Positions 24,701 to 35,954 of a stretch of 64,000 nucleotides of DNA are shown here, piece after piece (the stretch's first letter is position 1; the number at the start of each line of letters is the position of its first letter). Where the stretch lies: assembly GCF_021028975.2 (NCBI RefSeq), contig NC_059436.1, positions 2,852,001-2,916,000 on the forward strand. The letters run 5' to 3'. This DNA comes from Sphaerodactylus townsendi. Lineage: Eukaryota. The notes below the pieces were generated by a model. The model made no database searches. It was not told where the DNA came from and saw only the letters and a list, made by a program, of their open reading frames with translations. A program made the position numbers and the translations under genes.

Positions 24701-27076
24701 CTAGAGCCTCACACACAAAACCTTCAACATATGGTCAATTTTTAATCAGTTTAATTGGTAGATTTTTGGAGAATTAGCAAGCAGATTCATTTTTAATCGA
24801 AGAGGGATAGAAAGGGGGTAAGGATGAGTTTTTCTTCTAAAAATGTGTTTATTTTATTATTTACAGTACTTGCTCTCGTGACAGAAACCTCCAAAATGGC
24901 TTCCAATTATAACAATGACAAACCAGCAAAACAAACATCACTAACCCAGGGATATCATATCAGAACTCAAACAGAAACCCTATGAGACAGCTACAAAGAC
25001 CAGTAAAATCAGCAATAAGCATTGCCAGAATCAGCAGCAACCAATAAAATCACTAAAAAGAACTCAGGAAGCAGGGAGCACTGTTGGCATCTTGCCTCAG
25101 AGACTCCAAAACACAGAACCGGCATCAGGTGTGAAATGCCAGTTAGCAGTAGTTTGGTGTGTAGAATTTGTCAGTGATCCCACACAGGAGCTCCAGAGCT
25201 ATAATCTCCTTGGTCTCAAAACAAAGCCTAGGGGTAGGGTAGAGTTGGAAACATGTCCTACCTTCCTTAAATAGTTCAGTCCTAATCAAAAGGCACTCTG
25301 TATGTGCACAAAGGCATTCTCTAAATGCACGTTCCAGGGCCAAGCTGAGTTTGGCGCTCCAAACAGAGTCTAGGGTTAAATCCTGCCAAGACCCATCTCA
25401 TATTCCACAAATTAAGTCCTACGTGTAAGCCAAGACTGAGAGGCCAGATGGGTGGGATAGTTAGGGCTCAATGCCCATCAGCTGCCTGGTGGCTGGCCAA
25501 GAGGATTTGCAGACTCTGTAGCTGCAGGCAAGATTGCTCGAGGCAGCTCAATCAGTTGGAGGGAGGAGGGGAAAGTGATATAAGGCATACAGACATGGGG
25601 ACCTGGACAATGCAGATCACCCACTAGACTGAGTGACAGCTGGATACTTTATAAGAGAAAACAGGGATGGTCGTCGGGGGAGCTGGATCAGTTAGAGGGC
25701 TGGATACCGAGTTACCTGTTGCAGCTGTCTGAATATGCTGGCTAAGGGAACAATCAGCCAGTCCTCTCGATTGCACGATGTTCTGGCTTTGGCTACAGAT
25801 TTTTTTTTCTTAAGGAAATGTTTTTCCTCTAGTATGAACCAGGCTTCCGGACTCATTCCCTCAGGCCTGAGCCAGGCAGCCTGGTTTGCTTAGGATCTAC
25901 ATTTTTGAAAAAATGCATTTGAGAGACCACCTTCTTCCACAATCAGACCAGATCCAGAGCCTGGGTAAGGTCAATGGATGCCCAGAGTGGTGAAATTGCA
26001 AACCTGATGATAATCGCTGGCAATACATAGCCACTTATCCTTTGATATGAGAACTGACAGAATGGGACATAGAGGATCACACTGGTGGTGGTTTGTTTCA
26101 TGTAACAAACAGGGTGGCGGGTTTCAAGAAACTGAATGGTTGAGGAGGAAGAAATTCAGAGTCACTGTAAGTGGAAATGCCAAGACAAACCAAGCACTTG
26201 GGGCATGCTATCCCCCCCCCCCCCCCAGCTCTGATGGGGATACTGAGATGGAAGAGGAAGGGAGGCAGCCTAATGTTGTGATAATGGATAACTATGGTTA
26301 TCTGCACACGGAATGGTTAAATGAACATTAAGTCATGTCAAAGGTGCCCCTTTTCTAGAAAGATAAGTGATTGTTCCTCAGATCTGCTAGTTATAGAACC
26401 TACAAGAGGGGAGGAGACCCTAGATTTAAAACTGAAGGGATAATTGGAACCTGAAAGACATAGGCGATGCTAAACTGTTTCAGAATAACAGCTGAAATGG
26501 AATTTCAGTCTATACCGCAAAGGAGAATTACCCAGAATACCCAACACAGTCACATTTGATTTCAGGATCTCTCAGAAGTGATAAGATTAGCTAAAAGTTG
26601 AAGAGGGAAAAGTAGGAAGGTCGGACTTCTTCAGGAAACTTTGGAGCTATTTAAAACTAGTGTGACAGAGGCTCTGTCGAAATATGTAACAAATTAGAAT
26701 AGAATTAAGCAAAAGGATCCTGAAAAATAATACAAGCTATACCATAGGCTACAATAATGCTGCAGTGGATAGGCATGCAATAAAACTATTTGGAGCATTA
26801 TTGTATCCTAAAGTATAGTTTGTACTATTTTTAGAGTCTAGTTTGACAGAACTATAACAATTTTTCTGCTTTATTTACCCATAGGTGCAAAAGGATGCCA
26901 ACATGGTTAAACAGCAGTGTCACTGAAGTGAAAAAAATGCAAAGATGATCTGCCCAAATGTAGAAAATAAAAACAAAAAATGAAAATTTGGCAGAACGGA
27001 TGGCTGCCATGAAAAGAAAGGAGGATTATGAGAAGCAAACTGCTAAAGACATTTAGCATACAAACACCCCTTAGGA

Positions 27077-27189
27077 GAGTGGTGGCGAACCTATGGCACT
27101 CCAGATGTTCATGGACTACAATTCCCATCAGCATCTGATGGGAATTGTAGTCCATGAACATCTGGAGTGCCATAGGTTCACCACCATGG
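27077..27189. mobile_element. Palindromic hAT MITE with 8-bp TSD
   Basis: Near-perfect hairpin; TSD ccttagga at 27069-27076 and 27190-27197. Confidence 0.92.
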
Positions 27190-27243
27190 CCTTAGGAGAC
27201 AGAAACTTACCAAGCAAAAACAAGACCTTTAGAGGTCATATGG

Positions 27244-27340
27244 TACAATCCTAAACAGATTACACTCTTCTAACCCCATTGACGTCAATGGATTTGACTT
27301 TATTAACATCAGTGGATATCCCTTTCTTTAGGATTGCAGT
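27244..27340. mobile_element. Short palindromic MITE (caatcct...aggattg termini)
   Basis: 'tacaatcctaa...ccattgacgtcaatgg...ttaggattgca'. Related copies at ~33040-33130 and ~61675-61760. Confidence 0.6.
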
Positions 27341-27534
27341 GATAAATATAAGAGGAGTTCTGAAAGAGGATAGACAGATTGTAGAGCAGCTAAGTGAATT
27401 CTTTGCATTGGTCTTTGCTAGTGACATGTACATATATATTAATATTTGTATGTTTGTGTGTATTTTTCAAAACAAATTAATCTTCATGTATGACTAGTAA
27501 CACCATTTTAATCCTACCTACATTTTAACCCTAA

Positions 27535-27662
27535 CCCTCCCTTGCATGCCACCCCTCCCTCCTCTCCCCCTCCCTCTGCTATGGTGGGTGGGCCATGTCC
27601 AGATGCCGGAGCCCCTCCCTCCCCTCCCTTGCATGCCACTCCTCACTCCCCTCCCTCCCCTT
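27535..27662. repeat. Second locus of the C-rich minisatellite unit
   Basis: 'cttgcatgccacccctccc...gggtgggccatgtccagatgccggagcccctccctcccctcccttgcatgccac' matches the unit at 15945-16515. It lies within a non-CR1 insert of ~27430-27900. Confidence 0.85.
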
Positions 27663-28493
27663 CCGTGGAAATAAGCCTGAGATGGAAATAAGCCCGAAGA
27701 CAAATTTCTCACTTTCATTTGCATTTGGTGTTTTTGCATTTTGTGTATTTGGGCAAAAACAAATGTCCATTTTAATCGTAGTGGGCTGGATCAAGACTGA
27801 ATTGGCGATTTCTGGTGATTTCTCCTTCTCACTATAGACCCCTTCATGTCATTCTCCATGGCCCCCTATCTCCCAGGAGCAGCATTTTATGACCACAAGA
27901 GACTGCAGTCAGAAGAGAGAGGCAAGAATATTCTTATCAAATTTCATGAATATGCTGAGAAAGACAGATGATTGCAGCTTCAACCTAGATAAGAAGAAAG
28001 TTTGGTCTTTCAAACCAAAACTGAGTTATCAGAAAATCTAGTAACATCCATTGTCTTTACCCTGGATAATGTCAATGATATCTGACATATAAACCATTGT
28101 CTACTAAGGTGATAACATGAAGAACTGTCAAACAAAGGTGGTAACTTTTAGAGATTTACAATTAACTAATTAATGGACTACAAATTTAACAAGTCAATGG
28201 AACTGGATGACATCAACCCAAGAATTCTTAATGAACTCAAATGTAACCTTGTACAACTTCTAACAAAAATACGCAACTTGTTAAAAGCAGGCTCTGTACA
28301 GAATTGGAGCAGCGTAACACCAATTTTATAACAAAGTAACTGGGAGAAGATCCTGGAAACTACTGTCCTGTCAGTATGTTCCAAATTGGCTTAAAAGCAT
28401 TATTAAAGCTTCTGTTGTTAGGCACACTGAGGAAAGTCTTGATGAAGCCAGATCAACATGGCTTCTGCAAAGGGCACCCCAAAATCATTTTTA

Positions 28494-28834
28494 ATAGTCT
28501 GTCTCAGAATAAGATGTTAGTAGGGTTGTATATTCCTTCGCAATAGAACTCAACATGCCAGATCTTCTTTGTTGTGGCTACCAGAGGACTGAGCCCTGCT
28601 CACCTGCATCCATCTGAAAGTTTGAAAGTAAAAATACATGTTGGCATAAATGCTCTTGTATCAAAGGACACGTTCAATAATGCACAAAATAATTGTTTTG
28701 ACAAAGGCAGCGGGTAAAAATGAATGATAATTTTCATATTAATTCGGGACTATATTTTAATGCAGAAACATACCATTTTCTCAATCTCTGCACCTCAACA
28801 GAATGTACTAACATCTTTTTCTGAGACAGAGTAT
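28494..28834. mobile_element. Non-autonomous TIR element (Tc1/mariner-like) inserted in CR1 RT
   Basis: 29-bp TIRs atagtctgtctcagaataagatgttagta / tactaacatctttttctgagacagagtat (2 mismatches) in a TA-rich context. CR1 motifs resume after it. Confidence 0.75.
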
Positions 28835-29367
28835 AGAATTCTTCTAAGTTGCAGTCTTGGAGTTCCAAAAAGGCATTGATAAATTCTTTCACCAAGGGCT
28901 TGTAAGTAAATTTAGGAGTCTCAGGAGAGCAGCACAGTTTATTTTATGGATTGGTAACTATTTAAAGAATAGGAAGCAGAGAACAGCAATAAGTAAACAA
29001 TTTTTAAAATGCAAAATCATTAAGCTGTGGAGTTCCTAACGGTATCTATATTGCACTTGGTGTTATTTAACATTAATAAATATTAGAGTCAGGAATGGAG
29101 CAGCCATGTTTGTGCATGACAGCAGATCATTCAGAAAAACAATAAAAACTATGAAAAACTCCAGAAGGATTTCTTGTAAATGGGTGAATAGCTAACAAAT
29201 GGCAACACCACAAAGAGATCTTGGGGTCATGGTGGACAGCAGACTGAAAATATCTACTCAACATGTAGCAACAGAAAAGAACAAATTCAAGTTTAAAGAT
29301 CTGTAGAAAAGGGATTGAAAATAAAACAGCAAAGAATTATATATATCAAAGTCAGTACTATCTATTG

Positions 29368-29553
29368 CAGTGGTTCTCAACCTTCCTAATGCCGTGACCC
29401 TTTAATACAGTTCCTCATGTTGTGGTGACCCCCGTCCCTAACATTTATCCATTTTACAGATGGAGAACACTGATGCAGAGAGTCTTAGGCAACCCCTGTG
29501 AAAGGGTCATTCGACCCCCAAAGGGGTCACGACCCCCAGGTTGTGAACCGCTG
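29368..29553 (+). mobile_element. SPIN (Space Invaders)/URR1-type hAT MITE
   Basis: Starts 'cagtggttctcaaccttcctaatgccgtgaccctttaatacagttcctcatgttgtggtgacccc' and ends 'cccctgtgaaagggtcattcgacccccaaaggggtcacgacccccaggttgtgaaccgctg', matching recalled SPIN/URR1 ends. 8-bp TSD atctattg (29360-29367, 29554-29561). Confidence 0.9.
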
Positions 29554-29631
29554 ATCTATTGTCATTGGCAGCAGCTCTCCAGGGTCTCAGCTCCTTTAGA
29601 TCACCTACTACTTGATCTGTTTAGTTGGAGA

Positions 29632-29860
29632 CAGGGGTGTACTGCCCAGGAGGGACATATGGAGTCAAATGTCCCCAGGCTGCGGCCATTTAGTCATGTG
29701 GTGGCCCCCACACTCCTTTTCCCCCAGGTGATGGTGACTTTGAGATGACCTGGTGCAAAAAAAGTTGTTTGGTCATGTTGGGGGAGGGTGGTCACCCATA
29801 CTTGGGGGGGGGGGGGACTCAGATTTTGCACCAGGCTACATTTTTCCTAGATATGCCTCT
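29632..29860. mobile_element. TIR element nested in a reverse tRNA-SINE remnant
   Basis: Termini caggggtgta / tatgcctctg. The left flank 'ggcagcagctctccagggtctcag...tcacctact' resembles a squamate tRNA SINE in reverse. Confidence 0.45.
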
Positions 29861-29939
29861 GTTTGTAGATGAACCAAATGCAGTACCAACCATATACTTA
29901 AGCTCCCTTAAGTATGGTTTGCAAAGACTCTGTCTACAC

Positions 29940-30087
29940 CAGGGGTAGGGAACCTGCGGCTCTCCAGATGTTCAGGAACTACAATTCCCATCAGCCTCTG
30001 TCAGCATGGCCAATTGGCCATGCTAGTAGGGGCTGATGGGAATTGTAGTTCCTGAACATCTGGAGAGCCGCAGGTTCCCTACCCCTG
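29940..30087. mobile_element. Young palindromic hAT MITE with 8-bp TSD
   Basis: 148-bp almost perfect inverted repeat centred on ggccaattggcc; TSD gtctacac at 29932-29939 and 30088-30095. Confidence 0.95.
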
Positions 30088-30199
30088 GTCTACACTGAGT
30101 CATGGTCAACTCATAACTGTTCTCCAATCTTCACTTAATAAAACTGTAATAAAACTGTTTGGCAATTTCTCATCCTGTTTTTTCCAGTCATCCGATGCT

Positions 30200-30545
30200 A
30201 TTTTATTTATGGGCATGTCTAGAAGCACTGCTTCTTCGCACATAGTCTTTACTCTTGGCACTCAGAGGTCTCAGAAACATACGCTGATCAGCAAGAAGTT
30301 GTTGACTTGTGGCAGGGACTGGATTTAGAGTTGCAGCCTTCGCTCTAGCAGTATTCCTGTTGCTTTTAACACCTGTATGGAATGTAGAAAACATCACTTT
30401 CCCAGATATGGAATGTAGAAAACATTACTTTCCCAGAGTGGTAGCAATTGTGAGTAGCTTATTAGGTCTGGTGTTGTTGTGAGCGGCCTGCAATGCATGT
30501 TCTATCAAATGATGGGGGTATCCACTCTCTAAATAATATTGGTGA
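30200..30545 (-). mobile_element. Possible decayed Penelope-like element coding fragment
   Basis: Minus-strand peptides YLESGYPHHLIEHALQAA...R..KLL and FSTFHTG resemble the PLE RT C-terminal/linker pattern (GYP..LI...; TYHP). Contains a 31-bp tandem duplication at ~30376-30437. Confidence 0.4.
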
Positions 30546-31549
30546 TTTTTCAGATCACCACTCGGCTGTGGAGGTTTGCTGGGGACCTTGGGCCAGTCAT
30601 ATAATTTCAGATGGTTGCTGTGAGGATAAAATGTAAGGGAGGAGAACAATGAAAGTTGCTTTGGGGGGCCATTGGGAAGAAAAGTGGGTGATAAATGAGG
30701 TAATTAAATAAATGTTTGCATGCTATGTTAGAGGTACAAGAAAAGTCAGCAACATCAACTGGATTAACAGTCCAATTTTGGGGGGTGCGGGAACCAACCC
30801 CTGAAAGTGGCGTGGGGCTGTGCTGGTGGATTTGCCTTACCCCAGTGGAGGGACAGATCGACCAGAGGCCAGCTGCCATGGCCCTCTGAGATGCCTGGAC
30901 GTGGCGCAGAGTGCTGTGTCAGCATTTCTGCACAGTCAGAGGTGACACTGGCACAGCAGGGGCATTCTGGAGGCATGGGCCAGGACGGGGCTGACATCAG
31001 TTGACTTCCACTCCAGCTTTCCCTTCAGATATAATGTGGCCCAGGCTTGTGACATAAACCAACCACCCTTTTGGGTGGTGTAAGTCCATTGAGCCCAATG
31101 GAGGGCTCTCCAGAGGTGGCGGGGGGGCGTTAGTTGCTTTGTTTTTCACCTCCCCACACCACCAAAATGCCATCTGGAGAAAGCAGGGTGGTGCCACAGA
31201 TTGGGCTGCCCATCATCTCTGAGTCTCTTCCACCAATCACAAGAGCATAAAGAATAATCAAGTACAAAAGTGAAGACAAAGTTAGAATTAATTGAACAAG
31301 TCCAGCACTGTGGCCTTTTCTACGTACGGACTGAGAGAAACACACTTGTTGTCCCTGAAAGTGTGCAAGGTCTCTAAGCAGTATGTATCTCTCCACCCAC
31401 TTCAAAATAAGAGGAAATAGAGAGAGAAAGGGAGAAGAGAGGGAAGGGAACAGAAAGCTTGTACCCAATATAGTTAAAGTGTTGGGAAAGGGAAAGGGGG
31501 GAGGGAGGGAGAAACTCTATTCCAGTCACTTTCAATCAAGTGTCACACC

Positions 31550-32250
31550 TTTAAATAGTGGTTAAATCTCTGCATTATGCAGCTCATCCCTTTTACAACA
31601 TGGGGTTCCCGTAGAGAATTCCCTGTTTACACTGGGAATCCCTCCAGGAGCGCATCAATAAAGCTGAACAGATGTCAGGGTGGAATGCCAGCGGCAGTGG
31701 CTGTTGTCAGGGGTGTTGTGGAGGGAAAGCGGCAACAATAAGACGCGGCATCTGCTACACAAAGCCCTCACGCGTGGGTCAGGTTTTGCCAATGCGTCGG
31801 GATCCCACCCTCCCCTTTGTCTAGGCACACTGCCTTTCTTGTTCTTCGATGACAGGGGCTGACACATATCAGCCAGCCCCATCAGAATTTCCAAACGCTA
31901 TTTGTTTCGTCCTCGCATATGTACTAGTGCGTCTGACCTCCCCTCTGCATCTCTTCCCCCCCCCCTCTTCAAAATATATTGAACGCCACATGGAGAGTGG
32001 AACGGCCTCAAGGAGGCCGATTCCACCGCCCCCCAGCAGCCCCTCCTTACTACACAATTTCATTATGCACTTTGTGCCCAAAGTGAGGGTGTCAGTGTCC
32101 GTCTTTTTAATTAAAAGTGTGATTGATGAGGCTAAAACTGCTAAGCCGGTTTAAACACATCTTCCGGAAGGCAATAGTTTCAATCGAGCCTTTCAGCTCC
32201 CTGCTAAAAACTTCTGCCCAACAACCTCACCTAAATCTACAGCATTCGTA
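31550..32250. promoter_or_regulatory. CpG-enriched, repeat-free candidate enhancer
   Basis: Roughly 25 CpGs in ~650 bp against a depleted background. TGATTGATGA (32120-32129), TGTCA (32090-32094), SOX aacaat and TEAD-like ggaatg. Confidence 0.5.
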
Positions 32251-33559
32251 TGATCCTAGAAGAAATCGGAACAGGATGAAAGAAGAGGGTGGGAACCACT
32301 CAGCAGCTACAAGAGGAGGATATTCCCCTACTGTTTCAACACCGGTGCAATTGCACTACACGAGCCAACACATTATTATGGGTATTTGACAGGTCTGCCT
32401 GAAAATAAAAATAGAGATTAGCAACAATGGGGACCACAGTTGTGATGTTTGCTGTAGAAATCTGTTCTGAAAACACAAGAAAGCAGCAGAATTTTTTTTC
32501 ATTTCTCCCACACACCATACATGAGTGTGTATTTTATATTCAACTACCCACACATTTATAAACCTGCTTTTCTATCGAGGAACGTTCCTGAGCCCTTACC
32601 GCATTTATTTACAGGCTGTCACTGGGACTCCGCAGAACAGTGTCTTTGGCTTTTAAAAAAAAGAAAACAGAACAATACACAAGCTGCTTGAATCTTTCCT
32701 CTCTCGGAAAGGGAAAAATTGACCCTGTCACTGTAGAAATGGTCAAATCAAAACTTTTGATAATAAAAAGCATTTGTCCTCACCCACTTTCCTTTCTCTG
32801 TTTAAAAATAATCTGTTTTCCCTGAAGTTGATTCTGATGGTTAGCCCTTTTTTCTACTACATCAAGACATTCTTTAAAAAAGCAAACATATAAACCAACT
32901 GACCAAGGTATCATCCCTACGTGCCCTTCCGTTGGAAGAAACGTTGCGGTTTGCTTTCATTAAGATAGACTATGATACAATTTAGGATCCCGAACAGCAC
33001 CTGTTGAAAGGTTTCTAAAAGGGTAACCAGATTTTATAGGAAGCCTGATCCTACACGCGTTAACTCAGAAGTAAATCCTGATGAATTTAACGAGGCTTCC
33101 TCCCATGCAACTGTGCACAGGATTGCAGACTTCAGTCTAAAATCAGCAATAACTCCAGCAAGATCAAGATTTTAGTTGCTACTCAGACCTCGGACAAATA
33201 TGTTAATTCCAATCAAAGATTAATGTCTGTGTTTAAAAAAAGAGAGGGAAAAATATGATCTTAAATTCTCAGGCTGACTCGTTTCATATCTGGCTGGTGT
33301 CTTCAATGTAAAAGTGACATTTTCAGCCCAATGGGAATATTAAATTGTGAGGTGAAGGGAAAGTACTCCTCGATTTCACCCAAAGGGATCTCCAAGTGTG
33401 TGCAGAGTTCCACTCTGTTGCTGAATTAAGTCAAGCTTTTGAACTCTTGTACGGATTCACATTTCACTGTTCGCTTTGGAGTCCAGAAAGTGAAACACAC
33501 AAGGCAGCATTATAACATTCCTCTCTGATGGAAATCTTGTAAAATAAATACAGGCAAAA

Positions 33560-35100
33560 CTCTTTAGGAAAAGGGAGGGGGCGTGAGGAAGAAGAAACAC
33601 CCCCCCCCCTCCGCAATTTCAGGCAAGAATAATTTTTCCATTTGACAATTAGAAATTATTTTTGGCTGCTCCTTCACTAGCAAAAAGCTAATTGGTCTTG
33701 CTGCTGTTAAATACTCTATTCTGATGGTTGATTAATGAGGTGTCAGAAACTACAACTAAAGAACTCTATTTTGGGGGAGGAGAGGCGCTGGAGAAAGAGA
33801 AATAAAATGATAAAGATAGCTTCTACTGTGCACAAGCAGGTACATCCCCCCTACCCCCAATTCTAAGGCAGGCAATTTAACTAAAATTTAGCTATTAATA
33901 GAAGTGCCAAAAAAGAAAGAAGAAAAATGTCCTCAGAGACAGAGAGAGGAAGAAAATATACCTCCTTGCTAGTGGGAAGCATTTTTCAAGCTACCAAGAA
34001 CAGGAGAAGTTCTTGGCTAGTATTATTTGAAGAGACACCAACTAAATTATTTTTATGCCTTTGCTTCTTGTCTGTATCAGTTGCACTCTATGGGACGCAC
34101 AGCATTGCTGAGAGATTGTGCGTTCGCGTGCACATATGTATGCGTGCTGTTAGCGCTGGGAATTTAAATCGACTCCGTAGTTTTCAGGACCATAAGTTTC
34201 ATGTATATTTATCTTGAGCTTGCAAAGAGAAGCGAAACCTGCAGTAAATAATCTGTTCCCATTTGACACCACTCACACACTGATCTTGGCCCCCATTTGC
34301 CACGCAGATGCATTTATCACAATAAACCACTGTATATTATGTTTATATGCATCCTTCAGGCACGTCACTGCATCTTGGCATTCCTACTTGCTCTATCACT
34401 GTGTACATTAAATAGTCATGTAGTTACATTAAACAGTGGGGAATTCACACTTCACAACCACTCAGAGTTTTAAAACAGATGTGTGCTGTCTGTTGCCATA
34501 CTACAATTAGAGGGGGGAGACTTAGTAGGACTTGGTAGAAATTTAATCTCCACATGATTTAATGTCCCCCCCCCATTTTTTTTCTTGCATGGCACCCCAA
34601 TACCACAAATGGAAAAGGGGTGTCCAAACCACAAGTTTTGTTGTATTGTCAGCCACAGAGATGCAGGGAAGAGAAACAGAGGAGAGATTCTGAATTTGGA
34701 ATTCTTTGTGGCTTAGAATATTTTTGAGCGGGGTGGGCCAGAAGGGGTACCCTGGGATTTACTGACAGGAGAATTTTGACAGTTGATGGACAGATGAATT
34801 CCGTCATGGAAGCGTTAGTCGAAAGCGGCAAGGCCAGATGGAAAATCGCAGCACTCACAGCTTGTCTTTAATATTAATTTTCTCTCTTTTTTTCTTTTTG
34901 CAGTAGATCAGAATTCCCTAATTCCCTAAAATGTTTCATTGCATCTTGAGGTATTATTTTTTTTATGCCTTTCACCACCTCCTCTTAATAAGAAATGCTT
35001 CTTTGTGTTAATGTAATTTTTCCCCTCTTCTTAGCTGCTAAAAAAGAGAGGGGAGGGAGGAGGGAATCACAAATACACAGCTGTTGAAAATTCTGCCTGT
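33560..35100. promoter_or_regulatory. Repeat-free island, candidate enhancers with TALE motifs
   Basis: TGATTAATGA (33729-33738) next to TGTCA (33741-33745); TGACAG at 34763 and 34777; TGATGGACAG at 34784-34793; CpG patches at ~34090-34380 and ~34790-34850. Confidence 0.45.
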
Positions 35101-35954
35101 CTCTAAACACACCTAGATGAGTAATATCTTAACCTTGTATTAGATTTTAAAGATACGAGGCCAGTTCTCGCTTACAGAAATAGCACTTAATAAATAGTTC
35201 ACTGTGAGGCTCTCCCCATGCATTTGAGTGTCCTGGGCAGGGGTCCAGAATTTGAGGCAACCCCATAGGTGCCCCTAATCCTTCCCCTTCTCCTCCAGGC
35301 CCTGAATGGTCCTGTTTCCCTCCAGTCCCTCCCTGGACCCACAAGATCTTTGCTTCCTCCCATCAGGAGCTGGTTATTCAGCACCAAGCTGATATTTCTC
35401 CAATGGAAAGGTTGGCCAAACTTCATTAAAATCAAGCTCAGCCTAGGGGAAAAAATTAATGTATTTGATTTTTTTTCTTTTTTAATGGAGGAAGAAAAGT
35501 CCTTAATGTCAGAAAAACAAAAACAATAAAGGGGCGGGAGGAGAAACTATCACCGTACATTTGACTTCAAGGAAGACTAATTATTTTCATCCTTAGACAA
35601 TCAAGACAGTTAAGTTTCTCCATGTATTCACCGCAGCATTCTGTTCTCTTTCCCTACAAAAGTCACTCTTGAAATTAAAACCTACCTTCCTCCCCTATAA
35701 GCTGTGAAAATCAAATAAGAGAACTGGCTACTGGGCTTTAAATAAAAGGAATGAAAGGATATTCCTTTTATTCCTTGTGCAATAAAAGGAACTTAGGTCC
35801 AAACCATCCCTACTATTTTTGCATGATTTAAATCATAGCTTCACATGGCTACTGTTCAGATCACTACCGTGTGGAAAGAGATTTAAGTGCATCCTTCATG
35901 CTGTTTTTGTCATCCAAATCTTATCCCCTCTGGGACTGACATTGGTTCCCTACC

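Larger units (their letters stand above)
25960..29340 (+). mobile_element. Long decayed CR1 LINE ORF2 (APE endonuclease plus reverse transcriptase), interrupted by insertions
   Basis: Colinear CR1 motifs: LGACYPPP and NVVIMDNYGYLHTEW (endonuclease YRPP/VIMGDFN, ~26200-26320); GVLKEDRQIVEQLSEFFALVF (~27355); NKSMELDDINPRILNELKC, EDPGNYCPVS and DQHGFCKG (~28190-28475); LEFQKGIDKFFHQGL...LWIGNYLKNRKQR (28857-29039); RDLGVMVDSRLKISTQ (~29213). Many stops and frameshifts. Confidence 0.9.

Noticed and set aside
27524-27540. Interstitial telomere (taaccc)2
   Set aside because: Only two units, which is too short to support the call.
29940-30087. miRNA precursor or transcription terminator hairpin
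   Set aside because: The 8-bp TSD and family membership explain it as a hAT MITE; there is no expression evidence.
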